From Myxococcota bacterium (GTDB lineage Bacteria > Myxococcota > JACRCW01): a DNA stretch of 17,940 nt. The translations under genes and the position numbers were made by a program. The stretch covers positions 1 to 17,940 of the forward strand of contig JBFMGU010000212.1 in assembly GCA_040752415.1 (NCBI GenBank), written 5' to 3'. Of the stretch, positions 1 through 11,610 are shown piece after piece (position 1 is the first letter of the stretch; each line of letters begins with the position of its first letter). The notes beneath the pieces were generated by a model, which saw only the letters and a program-made list of their open reading frames with translations, did not search any database and was not told the origin of the DNA.

Positions 1-683
1 GCTTCGGGAGCGGGCGCGGGGGCCTCTGGAGCGGCGGGCGTGGCCTCAGGCGCGGGCGCGGCCTCAGGCGCGGGCGTGGGGGCTGGCGCGGGCGGCGGGG
101 CGCTGGAGTCGGCCACCAGCGACGTGGGCGGCGTGGGCATGGGCGGCTCCTCGGCGTAGAACGGCCACCAGCCGGCCGGCCAGAACGTGGCTGCCACCGC
201 CATCACCGCCACGCCCAGGAACGTCACGCCGAGCAGGTAGCCCATGTCCGCGAAGAGGGCCTTGCGCTCACCTTCCGCGCGCGCGGCGAGGAAGCCCGTG
301 CCCGTGATCTGCTGGTCCGCGGGGCGGCTCTTGTTGCAGGTGGGCACGTCGCGCAGGCACTGGAAGTCCATCCACGCCCAGATGCCAAACCCAATGCCCA
401 CGCCGAACCCCACCGCCGCCAACACGGACGCGCCCGCGGCGACGAGCAGACGCTCCAGTCGCGTGGGCTGATCCTTGGGACCCTTGAGGAAGTAGTCCTT
501 GATCTTCGTGACGGTGTCTTCCTTGGGCTTGCTGGCCTTGCCGTCGGGAGCAGCGGGGACGGGCTCCGGCGGAATCCCCTGCGCCGACGGAGTGGCGGGC
601 GGCGGGGCTTCAGACTGCGCGTGCGCCGGCGCGCTGTGGGCCAACGCGACGGCGAGGAGTGTGGCGAAGAGAACGGAACGCAT
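1..683 (-). CDS. Hypothetical exported membrane protein with signal peptide, two TM segments and Pro/Ala-rich ends (3' end runs off the window)
   Basis: Not in the ORF track because there is no stop inside the window. Hand translation from ATG at 683: MRSVLFATLLAVALAHSAPAHA|QSEAPPPATP...LLVAAGASVLAAVGFGVGIGFGIWAWMDFQCLRDVPTCNK...ADMGYLLGVTFLGVAVMAVAATFWPAGWWPF...PAPEAAPAPEATPAAPEAPAPAPE. The frame is open for 227 codons with strong GC3 bias and an AxA signal peptidase site. Confidence 0.85.
   Translation of the reverse strand, partial: MRSVLFATLLAVALAHSAPAHAQSEAPPPATPSAQGIPPEPVPAAPDGKASKPKEDTVTKIKDYFLKGPKDQPTRLERLLVAAGASVLAAVGFGVGIGFGIWAWMDFQCLRDVPTCNKSRPADQQITGTGFLAARAEGERKALFADMGYLLGVTFLGVAVMAVAATFWPAGWWPFYAEEPPMPTPPTSLVADSSAPPPAPAPTPAPEAAPAPEATPAAPEAPAPAPE
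42..76. repeat. 18-bp-period tandem repeat encoding PAPEA-type units
   Basis: ggcctcaggcgcgggcg occurs at 42-58 and 60-76, with degenerate copies either side; it lies in the Pro/Ala tail of the 1..683 CDS. Confidence 0.8.
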
Positions 684-740
684 GGACGGCTGCCTCGGGA
701 GGACGGCAGCTACCACGTCAGGTGACGCCGGCCAACCGTC

Positions 741-2084
741 TTAATGAACCGACAACTCTGCCACGCAAGTGTCGTTGGTCTTGCCCCGGCGCTTCACCTT
801 GTCCACCACCAGCTTCAACGACGAGGTCTTGGTCCCCGGCTGCAGGAACACCAGCACCTGCGGCGCGAACTTGCGCTCCGGCACCGGCATCTCCACCACC
901 GCCAGCACGGAGGAGTCGCTGGGCTCCTTCTCCGAGCGGTCCACCGCAATGCGCTGCGCCCCGCTGAGCATCAGCGAGAAACCGGTGAGGTCGTTGGTGT
1001 TCTTCACCGCGGCCTCATTCTCGACGCAGGTGGGCACCACGCGGACCATGTTGATTTCCTGCCGGTCGCCGAAGTCCAGGCCCACCCACTCGCCCTCCCC
1101 GGCCCCCTTGGTGTTCTCGACCCACGCGGTGTCCAGGTTGTTGTCCGCCGCCCAGAACGCGCGCGGGGCGGGGTTGACCTCCACCGGCGTGGGGTCGTCG
1201 TTGAGGGGGCCGGCGTCAATGGCGTTCTCGGAGTCAAAGGCCTGGTTGAAGCTGGCTTCCAGCGCGCGGTCCTGCTCCTGCTTGGCCAGGTCCGGCGGCA
1301 GCTTCTGGCTGGACGCGGAGATGCGCGTGGGTTTCCGCCCGGGCAGGAAGTTGTGGAACCGGTCCTTGGCCTCCACGTACTTGCCGCCCTTCTCCGCGCG
1401 CGCATCCCACGCGTAGACGCTCTCCCGCACGCCCACGACGAGGGTGACCATGTTCCCCTGCCGCCCCTTCACGCGCAGCAGCTTGGGCTCGCGACGGATC
1501 ATCACCTCCTGGTTGCCATCCCCCTCGAGGTCACTGATGCGGTAGCCCGGCTTGTCCTCCCCGTAGGAGACGCGCTCGAGCGACTTGATCTCGTCGGGAG
1601 TGGCCTCCGGGTAGCCCAGGCGGAGCACCTCGCGCAGGCCGGCCTCGTCGGAGCGGAACACGTGCAGCTTGCGACGCGTCTCATCCGGGCTGTGCTCAAT
1701 CAGCTCCAGCACCATCTCCGCGCGCTTGTCGCCCACCATGTTGCGCAGCTCCAGCGAGCGCAGCTCATCCCCGCCGGTGGGCGGGCTGGTCCACAGGTGC
1801 ACCGCGCGGTTCTGCTGCGCCTTCCACACCGAGAGCACAATCTCGCCCTCGGGGTTCTTGCCGGCGCTGACCACGTCGGGCTTGGCGTCGCCGTCCAGGT
1901 CCTGGTCGGTGAGCATGGGCCCCACCAGCGTGATGCCCCGCTTGCCGGCGTCATCCTTCACCGCCTTGGCCACCGCCGCGGCGTTCTGTGCCGCCTGGTC
2001 CTGCTGCTGCGACGCAGCCCACGTCGCCACGGGCCACAGCGCCAACACGCACCACAACAAACCGCGGGAAGGAAACCGTCTCAT
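741..2084 (-). CDS. Secreted protein with Dx[D/E]xDG Ca-binding-type loops and a C-terminal discoidin/F5-8-like (NADase-type glycan-binding-like) domain
   Basis: 447 aa. Signal peptide MRRFPSRGLLWCVLALWPVATWA; loops DQDLDGDAKPDVV and SDLEGDGNQEV; C-terminal ISASS...AADNNLDTAWVENTKGAGEGEWVGLDF...DTCVAELSV. Starts 8 nt after the ligase stop, with TGAGG as a possible SD. Confidence 0.75.
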   Translation of the reverse strand: MRRFPSRGLLWCVLALWPVATWAASQQQDQAAQNAAAVAKAVKDDAGKRGITLVGPMLTDQDLDGDAKPDVVSAGKNPEGEIVLSVWKAQQNRAVHLWTSPPTGGDELRSLELRNMVGDKRAEMVLELIEHSPDETRRKLHVFRSDEAGLREVLRLGYPEATPDEIKSLERVSYGEDKPGYRISDLEGDGNQEVMIRREPKLLRVKGRQGNMVTLVVGVRESVYAWDARAEKGGKYVEAKDRFHNFLPGRKPTRISASSQKLPPDLAKQEQDRALEASFNQAFDSENAIDAGPLNDDPTPVEVNPAPRAFWAADNNLDTAWVENTKGAGEGEWVGLDFGDRQEINMVRVVPTCVENEAAVKNTNDLTGFSLMLSGAQRIAVDRSEKEPSDSSVLAVVEMPVPERKFAPQVLVFLQPGTKTSSLKLVVDKVKRRGKTNDTCVAELSVH

Positions 2085-2092
2085 GGGGTGCC

Positions 2093-3898
2093 TCAGTCGA
2101 ACTTGTCGTCGCCGTAGAAGCCGTCGAGGATGGGCTTGTACTTCTGGGAACAGTGCTTGCGCTTCACCTTCAACGTGGGCGTCAGCTCATCCCCCACGGC
2201 GAAGTCCTTCTCCAGGATGGCGAACTTCTTGATGGTCTCGTACTGCGGGAGGGTCTTGTTGAAGTCGTCCAGGACGCCCTGCATGAGCTGCTGCACGTCG
2301 GGATTCTTCGCCAGCGCGGCCACGTCGGAGATCCCCATGTTCCGCTCCTGCGCCCACTTCTTGATGTTGTCCTCGTTGAGCGTGATGAGCGCGGAGAGGA
2401 ACTTGCGCTTGTCACCGTAGACCATGACCTGGCTGACCATGGGGTGCGTCTTCAGCGCGTTCTCGATGTTCTGCGGCGCCACGTTCTTCCCGCCCGCCGT
2501 CACGATGATGTCCTTCTTGCGGTCGGTGATGCGGACAAAGCCGTCCTTGTCGACCTCGCCGATGTCGCCGGTGTGGAACCAGCCGTCGGGCTCCAGCGCC
2601 TCACGCGTGGCCTGCTCATTGCCCCAGTAGCCCTTCATGACGCCGCGACCGCGGATGAGGATTTCCCCGTCGGGGGCGAGCTTGACCTCGGTGCCCGGGA
2701 TGGGGCGTCCCACCGTGCCAATGCGGATGTCGTTGGGAAGGTTCACGCACGTGGCCGCCGTGGTCTCGGTCAGGCCGTAGCCTTCACAGATCTTCACGCC
2801 GGCGTGCTTGAAGAAATACGCAATCTTCCGACTCAGCGGCGCGCCGCCACTGACGAAGAAGCGCAGCTTGCCGCCAAACAGCTCCTCCATGCGCTTGTGG
2901 ATCTTCTTGAAGACCAGCGCCTGCGCGGTGGCCCACTTGATGCCGCCGTACGGCTCCCCGCGGTCCTCGGCGAGACCCGCCTTCTCGCTCTCCTCCAGCG
3001 CCATCTGGAAGAGCTTGGCCTTGAGGCCACCGGCGGCCAGACCCTGACTCACCACCCTGGAGTAGACGCGTTCATAGATGCGCGGCACCGCACACATGAC
3101 GGAGGGGTGCGTCTCCGACATGTTCTGCACCAGCTTGTCGATGCTCTCCGCGATGGCGAGGATGAATCCCAGCTTCAGCCACGCCACCTCGATGACCTTG
3201 GCAAAGCTGTGCGCCATGGGAAGGAAGAGCAGCTGCACGTCCTCCGGCGCCATGAGCCCGGTGCGGTCCACGGCTTCCGCTTCGTACAGGGCGTTGTCGT
3301 GGGTGAGCATGACGCCCTTGGGCATGCCCGTGGTCCCCGACGTGTAGATGAGCGTGAGCAGGTCCGCGGGCGTGAGGTTGCTGGGCCGCGCGTCGACGTC
3401 CGCGGTGTGCTCCGCCAGGTACGCCTCACCCTTCTTGAGGAACGCCTCCCACGACGTCACCCACTCGGCATCCTCGGGCCTGGGCGCTCCGTCGATGAGG
3501 ACCACGCGACGGAGGGTGCCCACCTTGGCCCGGATGTCGCGCAGTTTCTGCAGCTGCGACTCATCCTCGACGAAGATCACCACGCCGCCACAGTTGGTGA
3601 TGATGTACTCCACCTCGTCGGCGAGGTTGCTCTGGTAGATGGGGACGGTGACGGCGGCGGCGCCCAGGATGCCCAGGTCCGTGGCCAGCCACTCGTAGCG
3701 GGTGTTGGAGAGGATGTTGACGCGGTCCTGGTACTGCACGCCTTCCGCCATGAGCCCGGCGGAGACCTTGCGACTGAGGGCGTGCAGCTCGCTCCAGCTC
3801 ATGTCGCGCCAGGCCGAGCCGGACTTGTAGCGGAGCGCGGGAGAGCCCGGTCGCACGCGGACGTTGTTGACGAACTGCTCGTACATGGATTGAGCCAC
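2093..3898 (-). CDS. Long-chain fatty acid--CoA ligase (AMP-dependent synthetase, FadD-like)
   Basis: 601 aa with ANL motifs IYTSGTTGMPKG, GYGLTET, GWFHTGDIG, RITDRKKDIIVTAGGKNVAP and ELTPTLKVKR. GTG start at 3898; alternative ATG at 3886. Confidence 0.95.
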   Translation of the reverse strand: MAQSMYEQFVNNVRVRPGSPALRYKSGSAWRDMSWSELHALSRKVSAGLMAEGVQYQDRVNILSNTRYEWLATDLGILGAAAVTVPIYQSNLADEVEYIITNCGGVVIFVEDESQLQKLRDIRAKVGTLRRVVLIDGAPRPEDAEWVTSWEAFLKKGEAYLAEHTADVDARPSNLTPADLLTLIYTSGTTGMPKGVMLTHDNALYEAEAVDRTGLMAPEDVQLLFLPMAHSFAKVIEVAWLKLGFILAIAESIDKLVQNMSETHPSVMCAVPRIYERVYSRVVSQGLAAGGLKAKLFQMALEESEKAGLAEDRGEPYGGIKWATAQALVFKKIHKRMEELFGGKLRFFVSGGAPLSRKIAYFFKHAGVKICEGYGLTETTAATCVNLPNDIRIGTVGRPIPGTEVKLAPDGEILIRGRGVMKGYWGNEQATREALEPDGWFHTGDIGEVDKDGFVRITDRKKDIIVTAGGKNVAPQNIENALKTHPMVSQVMVYGDKRKFLSALITLNEDNIKKWAQERNMGISDVAALAKNPDVQQLMQGVLDDFNKTLPQYETIKKFAILEKDFAVGDELTPTLKVKRKHCSQKYKPILDGFYGDDKFD

Positions 3899-3937
3899 GT
3901 GGCGCTCCGGTCGGAAAAACCGTGGGAAAACGCAGCG

Positions 3938-3967
3938 GTGCTAGCGGTTGCCCCTCCGTCGTGTCAA
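3938..3967 (-). promoter_or_regulatory. Putative sigma70-type promoter for the acyl-CoA ligase operon
   Basis: On the minus strand: perfect TTGACA (3967-3962), 18-nt spacer, TAGCAC (3943-3938), about 40 nt upstream of the start. Confidence 0.5.
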
Positions 3968-4005
3968 CGACGACATGCCCGCGGCCGCGCTGCAGGAATG
4001 GAAGG

Positions 4006-4034
4006 TTGACGGCGGGGTGGCAAGGGCGTCCAAT
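4006..4034 (+). promoter_or_regulatory. Putative sigma70-type promoter for pfkA and downstream genes
   Basis: TTGACG (4006-4011), 17-nt spacer, TCCAAT (4029-4034); SD-like GGAG at 4049-4052 precedes the ATG at 4058. Confidence 0.5.
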
Positions 4035-4057
4035 CCCCCGCCCTCAACGGAGCGCGC

Positions 4058-5149
<1,092 letters not shown>

Positions 5150-5152
5150 CGC

Positions 5153-7084
5153 GTGTCGGCCACGGCAGAGATGACGCCCGGTGGAGGAGTTGCGCGGCCC
5201 AAGGAGCTGTCCCGGGTGGGTCACGTCCTGGACCACTACACGTTGCAGGAGGAGCTGGGTCAGGGCGGCATGAGCGTGGTGTACCGCGCGCGGGATGAGG
5301 TCCTGCAGCGCGACGTGGCCATCAAGGTCCTCCACCCCTTCCTCGCCGACCGGCAGGACGCCAAACGCCGGCTGGCGCGGGAAGCACGCGCGGTGGCCAA
5401 GCTGCGGCATCCCAACATCCTCGAGGTGTACGGCTTCAGCGGCGAGGAGGCCGAGCAGGGCTACATCTCCATGGAGTTGGTGCGTGGCGAGACGCTCAAG
5501 CAGTTCAGCGAGCGTGAGCGCATCTACCCGTGCGAGGTGGCCGCCGCCGTGACGTGGGTGGTGGCCGGCGCGCTGGAGCACGCGCACCTCTCCGGCGTCA
5601 TCCACCGCGACGTGAAGCCGGAGAACGTGATGATCCGGCAGGACGGCGTGCTGAAGCTGATGGACTTTGGCATCGCGCACGTCGTGGACGCGGCGCACCT
5701 CACCATCACCGGCACGCTGCAGGGCAGCCCCGCGCACATGGCCCCCGAGGTCATTGAGGGCGCCGACGTGGATCCCCGCGCCGACCTCTTCTCGCTGGGC
5801 ACCGTGCTGTTCTGGCTTGCCACCGGGCAGCTCCCGTTCACCGCCAAGACGCCGCACGCGTTGCTCAAGAAGATCGTCGAGGGGCGGTACACGGAGCCGC
5901 AGCGCATCAACCCCGAGATCAGCGACCGCCTGGCGGGCGTCATCCGCAAGGTGATGGCCAAGGATCCCAATGACCGCTACGCGTCGGCGGCGGAGCTGCG
6001 CACGGCGTTGCAGGCGGTCTGGGAGGAAGGTGGCCTGGAGGACCCCACCGTCAGCCTCCCGCTGTTCTTCAAGCAGCCGCAGAAGTACCGCACGGAATGG
6101 GCCGAGGTGGCCGCCAATCGCTTCGTGGCGCAGGCGCAGGCGCACCTGAAGGCGGGCGACCGCGTGAAGGCCCTGGGCGCCGTGAACCGCGTGCTGGCCC
6201 TGCGCCCCAACCACCCCGAAGCCCCCGCGATCATGAAGCGCATCGAGCGCGGGAGCCGGGTGGCGGGTCGCGTGCGCATTGCGCTGGGGATTGGCGCTGT
6301 GCTGGGGCTGGCCGCCGCCGCGGTGGGCGTGGCGCGCATGGTGGAGGTGAAGAGCGAGGAGGTGGCGCAGGCCCAGGACGGGCTGATGAGCGAGGCGCCT
6401 ACGCCCGTGACGCCGGAGCCCAGGCCCGCCACCGTCGAGCAGCCGCGGGTGAAGCAGCAGGTCCGCGTGGCGCCGCGCGCCGAGACGCCGGTCCGTCAGC
6501 AGACGCCCGCACAACCGCCACCCACCACCGTGGCGGAAGTCACCCGGCCCCAACCCGCTCCGGAAGCGGCGGCCAACCGGCCCGTGACGTTCCGGGTGGA
6601 TCCGTGGGGTGACGTCGAGGTGGATGGCCAGGTGCTGGCGCGCGGCAAGAAGGTCTCCCAGCTCATGCTGGCCCCCGGCGTGCACCGCGTGCGTTTCCTG
6701 CACCGCTACGCACAGACCGAGGAGCGCATGGTGGACGTCCCCGCCGAGGGCGGCCCCACCGAGGTGAATGTCCAGCTCCACCGGGCCAAGCCGGCGTATC
6801 TCACGGTGATTGCCGCGGAGGACCCGGATGTGTTCGTGGACGGCGTCTACAAGGGCACCGCCAAGGACAGCGAGCGCACGCCCATCCTCGTCAACCTGCC
6901 GGATCGCACCTCCCAGGTCAGCGTGAAGCTGCGGGTCCGGGGCGATGGCAAGGAAGCGGTGGTGGAGCAGAAGATCACGGCGGGGGAGACCCTGCGCGTG
7001 CCCGTCAAGATGGAGGATGCCCTGCCCGTGGAGCCGGAGCGTCGGGTCCTCCCCGTGGAAGAGCCGTCCGAGACCCTGGAATGA
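5153..7084 (+). CDS. Membrane-anchored Hanks-type Ser/Thr protein kinase with a TPR-like helix pair, one TM, Pro-rich linker and C-terminal PEGA-like beta domains
   Basis: 643 aa. Kinase motifs LGQGGMSVVY, VAIK, HPNI, IHRDVKPEN, DFGIA, GSPAHMAPE and DLFSLG; TPR-like AQAHLKAGDRVKALGAVNRVLALRPNHPEA; TM IALGIGAVLGLAAAAVGVA (about 6278-6334); PEGA-like VDPWGDVEVDG..LAPGVHRV and DVFVDGVYKG. Starts 3 nt after the pfkA stop. Confidence 0.93.
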   Translation: MSATAEMTPGGGVARPKELSRVGHVLDHYTLQEELGQGGMSVVYRARDEVLQRDVAIKVLHPFLADRQDAKRRLAREARAVAKLRHPNILEVYGFSGEEAEQGYISMELVRGETLKQFSERERIYPCEVAAAVTWVVAGALEHAHLSGVIHRDVKPENVMIRQDGVLKLMDFGIAHVVDAAHLTITGTLQGSPAHMAPEVIEGADVDPRADLFSLGTVLFWLATGQLPFTAKTPHALLKKIVEGRYTEPQRINPEISDRLAGVIRKVMAKDPNDRYASAAELRTALQAVWEEGGLEDPTVSLPLFFKQPQKYRTEWAEVAANRFVAQAQAHLKAGDRVKALGAVNRVLALRPNHPEAPAIMKRIERGSRVAGRVRIALGIGAVLGLAAAAVGVARMVEVKSEEVAQAQDGLMSEAPTPVTPEPRPATVEQPRVKQQVRVAPRAETPVRQQTPAQPPPTTVAEVTRPQPAPEAAANRPVTFRVDPWGDVEVDGQVLARGKKVSQLMLAPGVHRVRFLHRYAQTEERMVDVPAEGGPTEVNVQLHRAKPAYLTVIAAEDPDVFVDGVYKGTAKDSERTPILVNLPDRTSQVSVKLRVRGDGKEAVVEQKITAGETLRVPVKMEDALPVEPERRVLPVEEPSETLE

Positions 7085-7130
7085 ACCAGAATGGTGCGAC
7101 GCTCGCCGGTGATGACGTAGTGTCCGGCGC

Positions 7131-9238
<2,108 letters not shown>

Positions 9239-9269
9239 CCGACTGGTGGCACGGAGGTCACCAACGGCG

Positions 9270-9298
9270 TTGTTGCCCGGGACCTACCGTGCTAGACG
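9270..9298 (+). promoter_or_regulatory. Putative internal promoter for yajC-secD-secF
   Basis: TTGTTG (9270-9275), 17-nt spacer, TAGACG (9293-9298) with an extended -10 TG at 9290-9291. Confidence 0.4.
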
Positions 9299-9358
9299 CC
9301 CCGGTCCCCTATTCCGGGCCCTTGGGGCCGGCAGGTCCCGGTTTCGAGGTTGGAAGCC

Positions 9359-9772
9359 GTGCACGAGCTGATTCTGGGCATGTCCCGCTGGGTTGCCACC
9401 CAGGCGCCTGCGGAGGGCGGCGCGCCGCCTGATACAGGCGCGTTCAACATCATCCTCATCGTCCTGATGTTTGCGGCGGTCTATTTCATCATGATCAGAC
9501 CGCAGGCCAAGCAGCAGCGCGAGCACCAGTCGTTCCTCACCACCCTGCAGAAGGGAACCGAGGTGGTGACCAGCGGCGGCGTGCTGGGCAAGGTCCACTC
9601 CGTCAGCGGCGACACCGTGACGGTGGAAGTTGCCAAGGATGTCCGCATCCAGGTCCTCAAGACCTACGTGTTCCCGCACCGTCCCGCGGCTGCCGCGCCC
9701 GCCGCCGCCCAGAAGGAAGACGGCAAGGACGGAAAAGACAGCAGCAAGGGTGGCGCAGAAGCCAAGAAGTAG
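9359..9772 (+). CDS. yajC: Preprotein translocase subunit YajC
   Basis: TM IILIVLMFAAVYFIMIRPQAKQQREH followed by LQKGTEVVTSGGVLGKV. I chose the GTG at 9359 because GAGGT (9346-9350) lies 8 nt upstream; TTG 9350 and ATG 9380 are alternatives. Confidence 0.93.
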   Translation: MHELILGMSRWVATQAPAEGGAPPDTGAFNIILIVLMFAAVYFIMIRPQAKQQREHQSFLTTLQKGTEVVTSGGVLGKVHSVSGDTVTVEVAKDVRIQVLKTYVFPHRPAAAAPAAAQKEDGKDGKDSSKGGAEAKK

Positions 9773-9820
9773 CAGGCCCCGTTTTGGTCCCGACTTTGTG
9801 AAGATACCGAGGCAAGTTCC

Positions 9821-11599
9821 ATGAAATCAGGCTGGTGGTGGCGACTGGGTTTTGCCGTGTTCCTGATTGGTCTGGCGCTCTACCAGATCATTCCGACCGT
9901 CATGTATCTCCGACTGGAGGGTGAAGATCTCCAGAAGGCGCAGCGGTCGCGGAAAGAGTTCGAGGCCATGCTGCCCAAGTGGGCGCCCACGTCCAAGATC
10001 ACTCCGGGTCTGGACCTCCAGGGCGGCGTGCAGCTGGTGTTGGGCGTGGACCTCCAGAAGGCCATCTCCGACAAGGCCGAGCGCGTGGCCGACCGCATCC
10101 GCTACGAGCTGAACGACAAGAAGATCCCGTTCACCGCCGTGAAGGTGGAGGAGGCCGGTGCGGATGCCCGCATCACCGTGACCTTCCCGGACACCGCGGC
10201 GCGCCAGCGCTTCGACGACGACCTGCTCACCGGCTACCGCTATGAGCTGCAGCTGCTGCGTCGGGGCGGGACGGAGCTGCACTTCAAGATCAGCCCCGAG
10301 TTCCTCTCCATGGTGCGCAACGACGCCATTGACCAGGCGGTGAAGACCATCCGCAACCGCGTGGACAAGCTGGGCGTGGCGGAGCCGTCCATTGCCAAGC
10401 GCGGCCAGGACTCCATCCTGGTGCAGCTCCCCGGCTACGGTGACCCCGACGAGGCCAAGCGCATCATCGGCAAGACCGCGCAGCTGGAGTTCTTCATTGT
10501 CGAGGACGACACGCGCTTCCTGGAGCCCCTGCAGCTGCCAGAGGGCGTCACGCTGCAGAAGGAGTTCTACGGTCGTCCCGACGGGAGCCGCGGTGAGGAC
10601 ACCTTCCTGCTGACCGAGGACTGGAAGAGCCTGCAGGCGTTCCTCAAGGACAAGGTCCCTCAGGAGAAAGCGGTGCGCTTTGGTGAGCTGCGTCAGGGCG
10701 ACAAGCTCATGTACCGCACGTACGTGACCACGCGTCGCGCGGACCTCACGGGTGACTACATCACCGACGCGCGCGTGGCCGCCGGCACGCCGGAGAAGCC
10801 GCAACCGTACGTGGCGCTGGACCTCAACCCGCCGGGCGCCTCGCTGTTCGAGGAGCTGACGGGGAAGAACGTGGGGCGTCGCCTGGCCATTGTGCTGGAG
10901 GACAAGGTGGACAGCGCCCCGGTCATCCAGAGCCGCATTGGCGGCGGGCACGTCCAGATCACGCTGGGCGGCATGAAGAGCAACGAGCAGATCCTCAAGG
11001 AGGCCAAGGAGCTGGCGTTGGTCCTCAAGGCCGGCGCCCTGCCCGCTCCGGTGACCATCCGAGAGGAGCGCAGCGTGGGTGCCTCGCTGGGTCAGGACGC
11101 CATCCAGCGTGGTCGCATGGCGGTGGGCGTGGGCGTGTTCCTCGTCTTCCTCTTCATGCTGCTCTATTACCGGGTGGGCGGCGTGTTCGCGAACATCGCC
11201 CTGATCATCAACATCCTGTTCAACCTGGCCATCCTGGCCATGTTTGAAGCCACCCTGACCCTGCCGGGTCTGGCCGGTCTGGCGCTGACGGTGGGCATGG
11301 CGGTGGACGCCAACGTGCTCATCAATGAACGCATCCGCGACGAGCTGCGACTGGGCAAGACGCCCCGCGCGGCGGTGGAGGCCGGTTACGCCAAGGCCTT
11401 CAGCGCCATCCTGGACTCCAACCTCACCACCCTGCTGGCGGGCGCCATCCTCTGGCAGTACGGGACCGGCCCCGTGCAGAACTTCGCGGTGACGCTGATG
11501 ATCGGCATTGCCACCAGCATGTACACCGCGCTGGTGGTCACCCGGCTGTGTTTTGACGTCGTGGCGGAACGGCCCGGCGTGCAGACCCTCTCCATCTGA
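9821..11599 (+). CDS. secD: Protein translocase subunit SecD
   Basis: 592 aa with GLDLQGG, RNRVDKLGVAEPSI, RLAIVLE, LKAGALPAP, VGASLGQDAI, TLTLPGLAG, MAVDANVLINERIRDE and ILDSNLTT. Confidence 0.97.
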   Translation: MKSGWWWRLGFAVFLIGLALYQIIPTVMYLRLEGEDLQKAQRSRKEFEAMLPKWAPTSKITPGLDLQGGVQLVLGVDLQKAISDKAERVADRIRYELNDKKIPFTAVKVEEAGADARITVTFPDTAARQRFDDDLLTGYRYELQLLRRGGTELHFKISPEFLSMVRNDAIDQAVKTIRNRVDKLGVAEPSIAKRGQDSILVQLPGYGDPDEAKRIIGKTAQLEFFIVEDDTRFLEPLQLPEGVTLQKEFYGRPDGSRGEDTFLLTEDWKSLQAFLKDKVPQEKAVRFGELRQGDKLMYRTYVTTRRADLTGDYITDARVAAGTPEKPQPYVALDLNPPGASLFEELTGKNVGRRLAIVLEDKVDSAPVIQSRIGGGHVQITLGGMKSNEQILKEAKELALVLKAGALPAPVTIREERSVGASLGQDAIQRGRMAVGVGVFLVFLFMLLYYRVGGVFANIALIINILFNLAILAMFEATLTLPGLAGLALTVGMAVDANVLINERIRDELRLGKTPRAAVEAGYAKAFSAILDSNLTTLLAGAILWQYGTGPVQNFAVTLMIGIATSMYTALVVTRLCFDVVAERPGVQTLSI

Positions 11600-11610
11600 A
11601 GGCCCCTGTC

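Noticed and set aside
1..110. Tandem repeats as a CRISPR-like array
   Set aside because: They are in-frame 18-bp coding repeats without spacers, and there are no cas genes.
2055..2084. MRR as a Tat signal
   Set aside because: It does not fit S/T-R-R-x-F-L; it looks like an ordinary Sec signal peptide.
9247..9262. TGGCACG as a sigma54 -24 element
   Set aside because: No GC/TTGC at the required -12 position (it reads AC at 9260-9261).
9329..9360. CAGGTCC..GGAAGC resemblance to SRP (4.5S) RNA next to sec genes
   Set aside because: It lacks the CAGGUCC-GGAA-GGAAGCAG domain IV arrangement and the long flanking helix.
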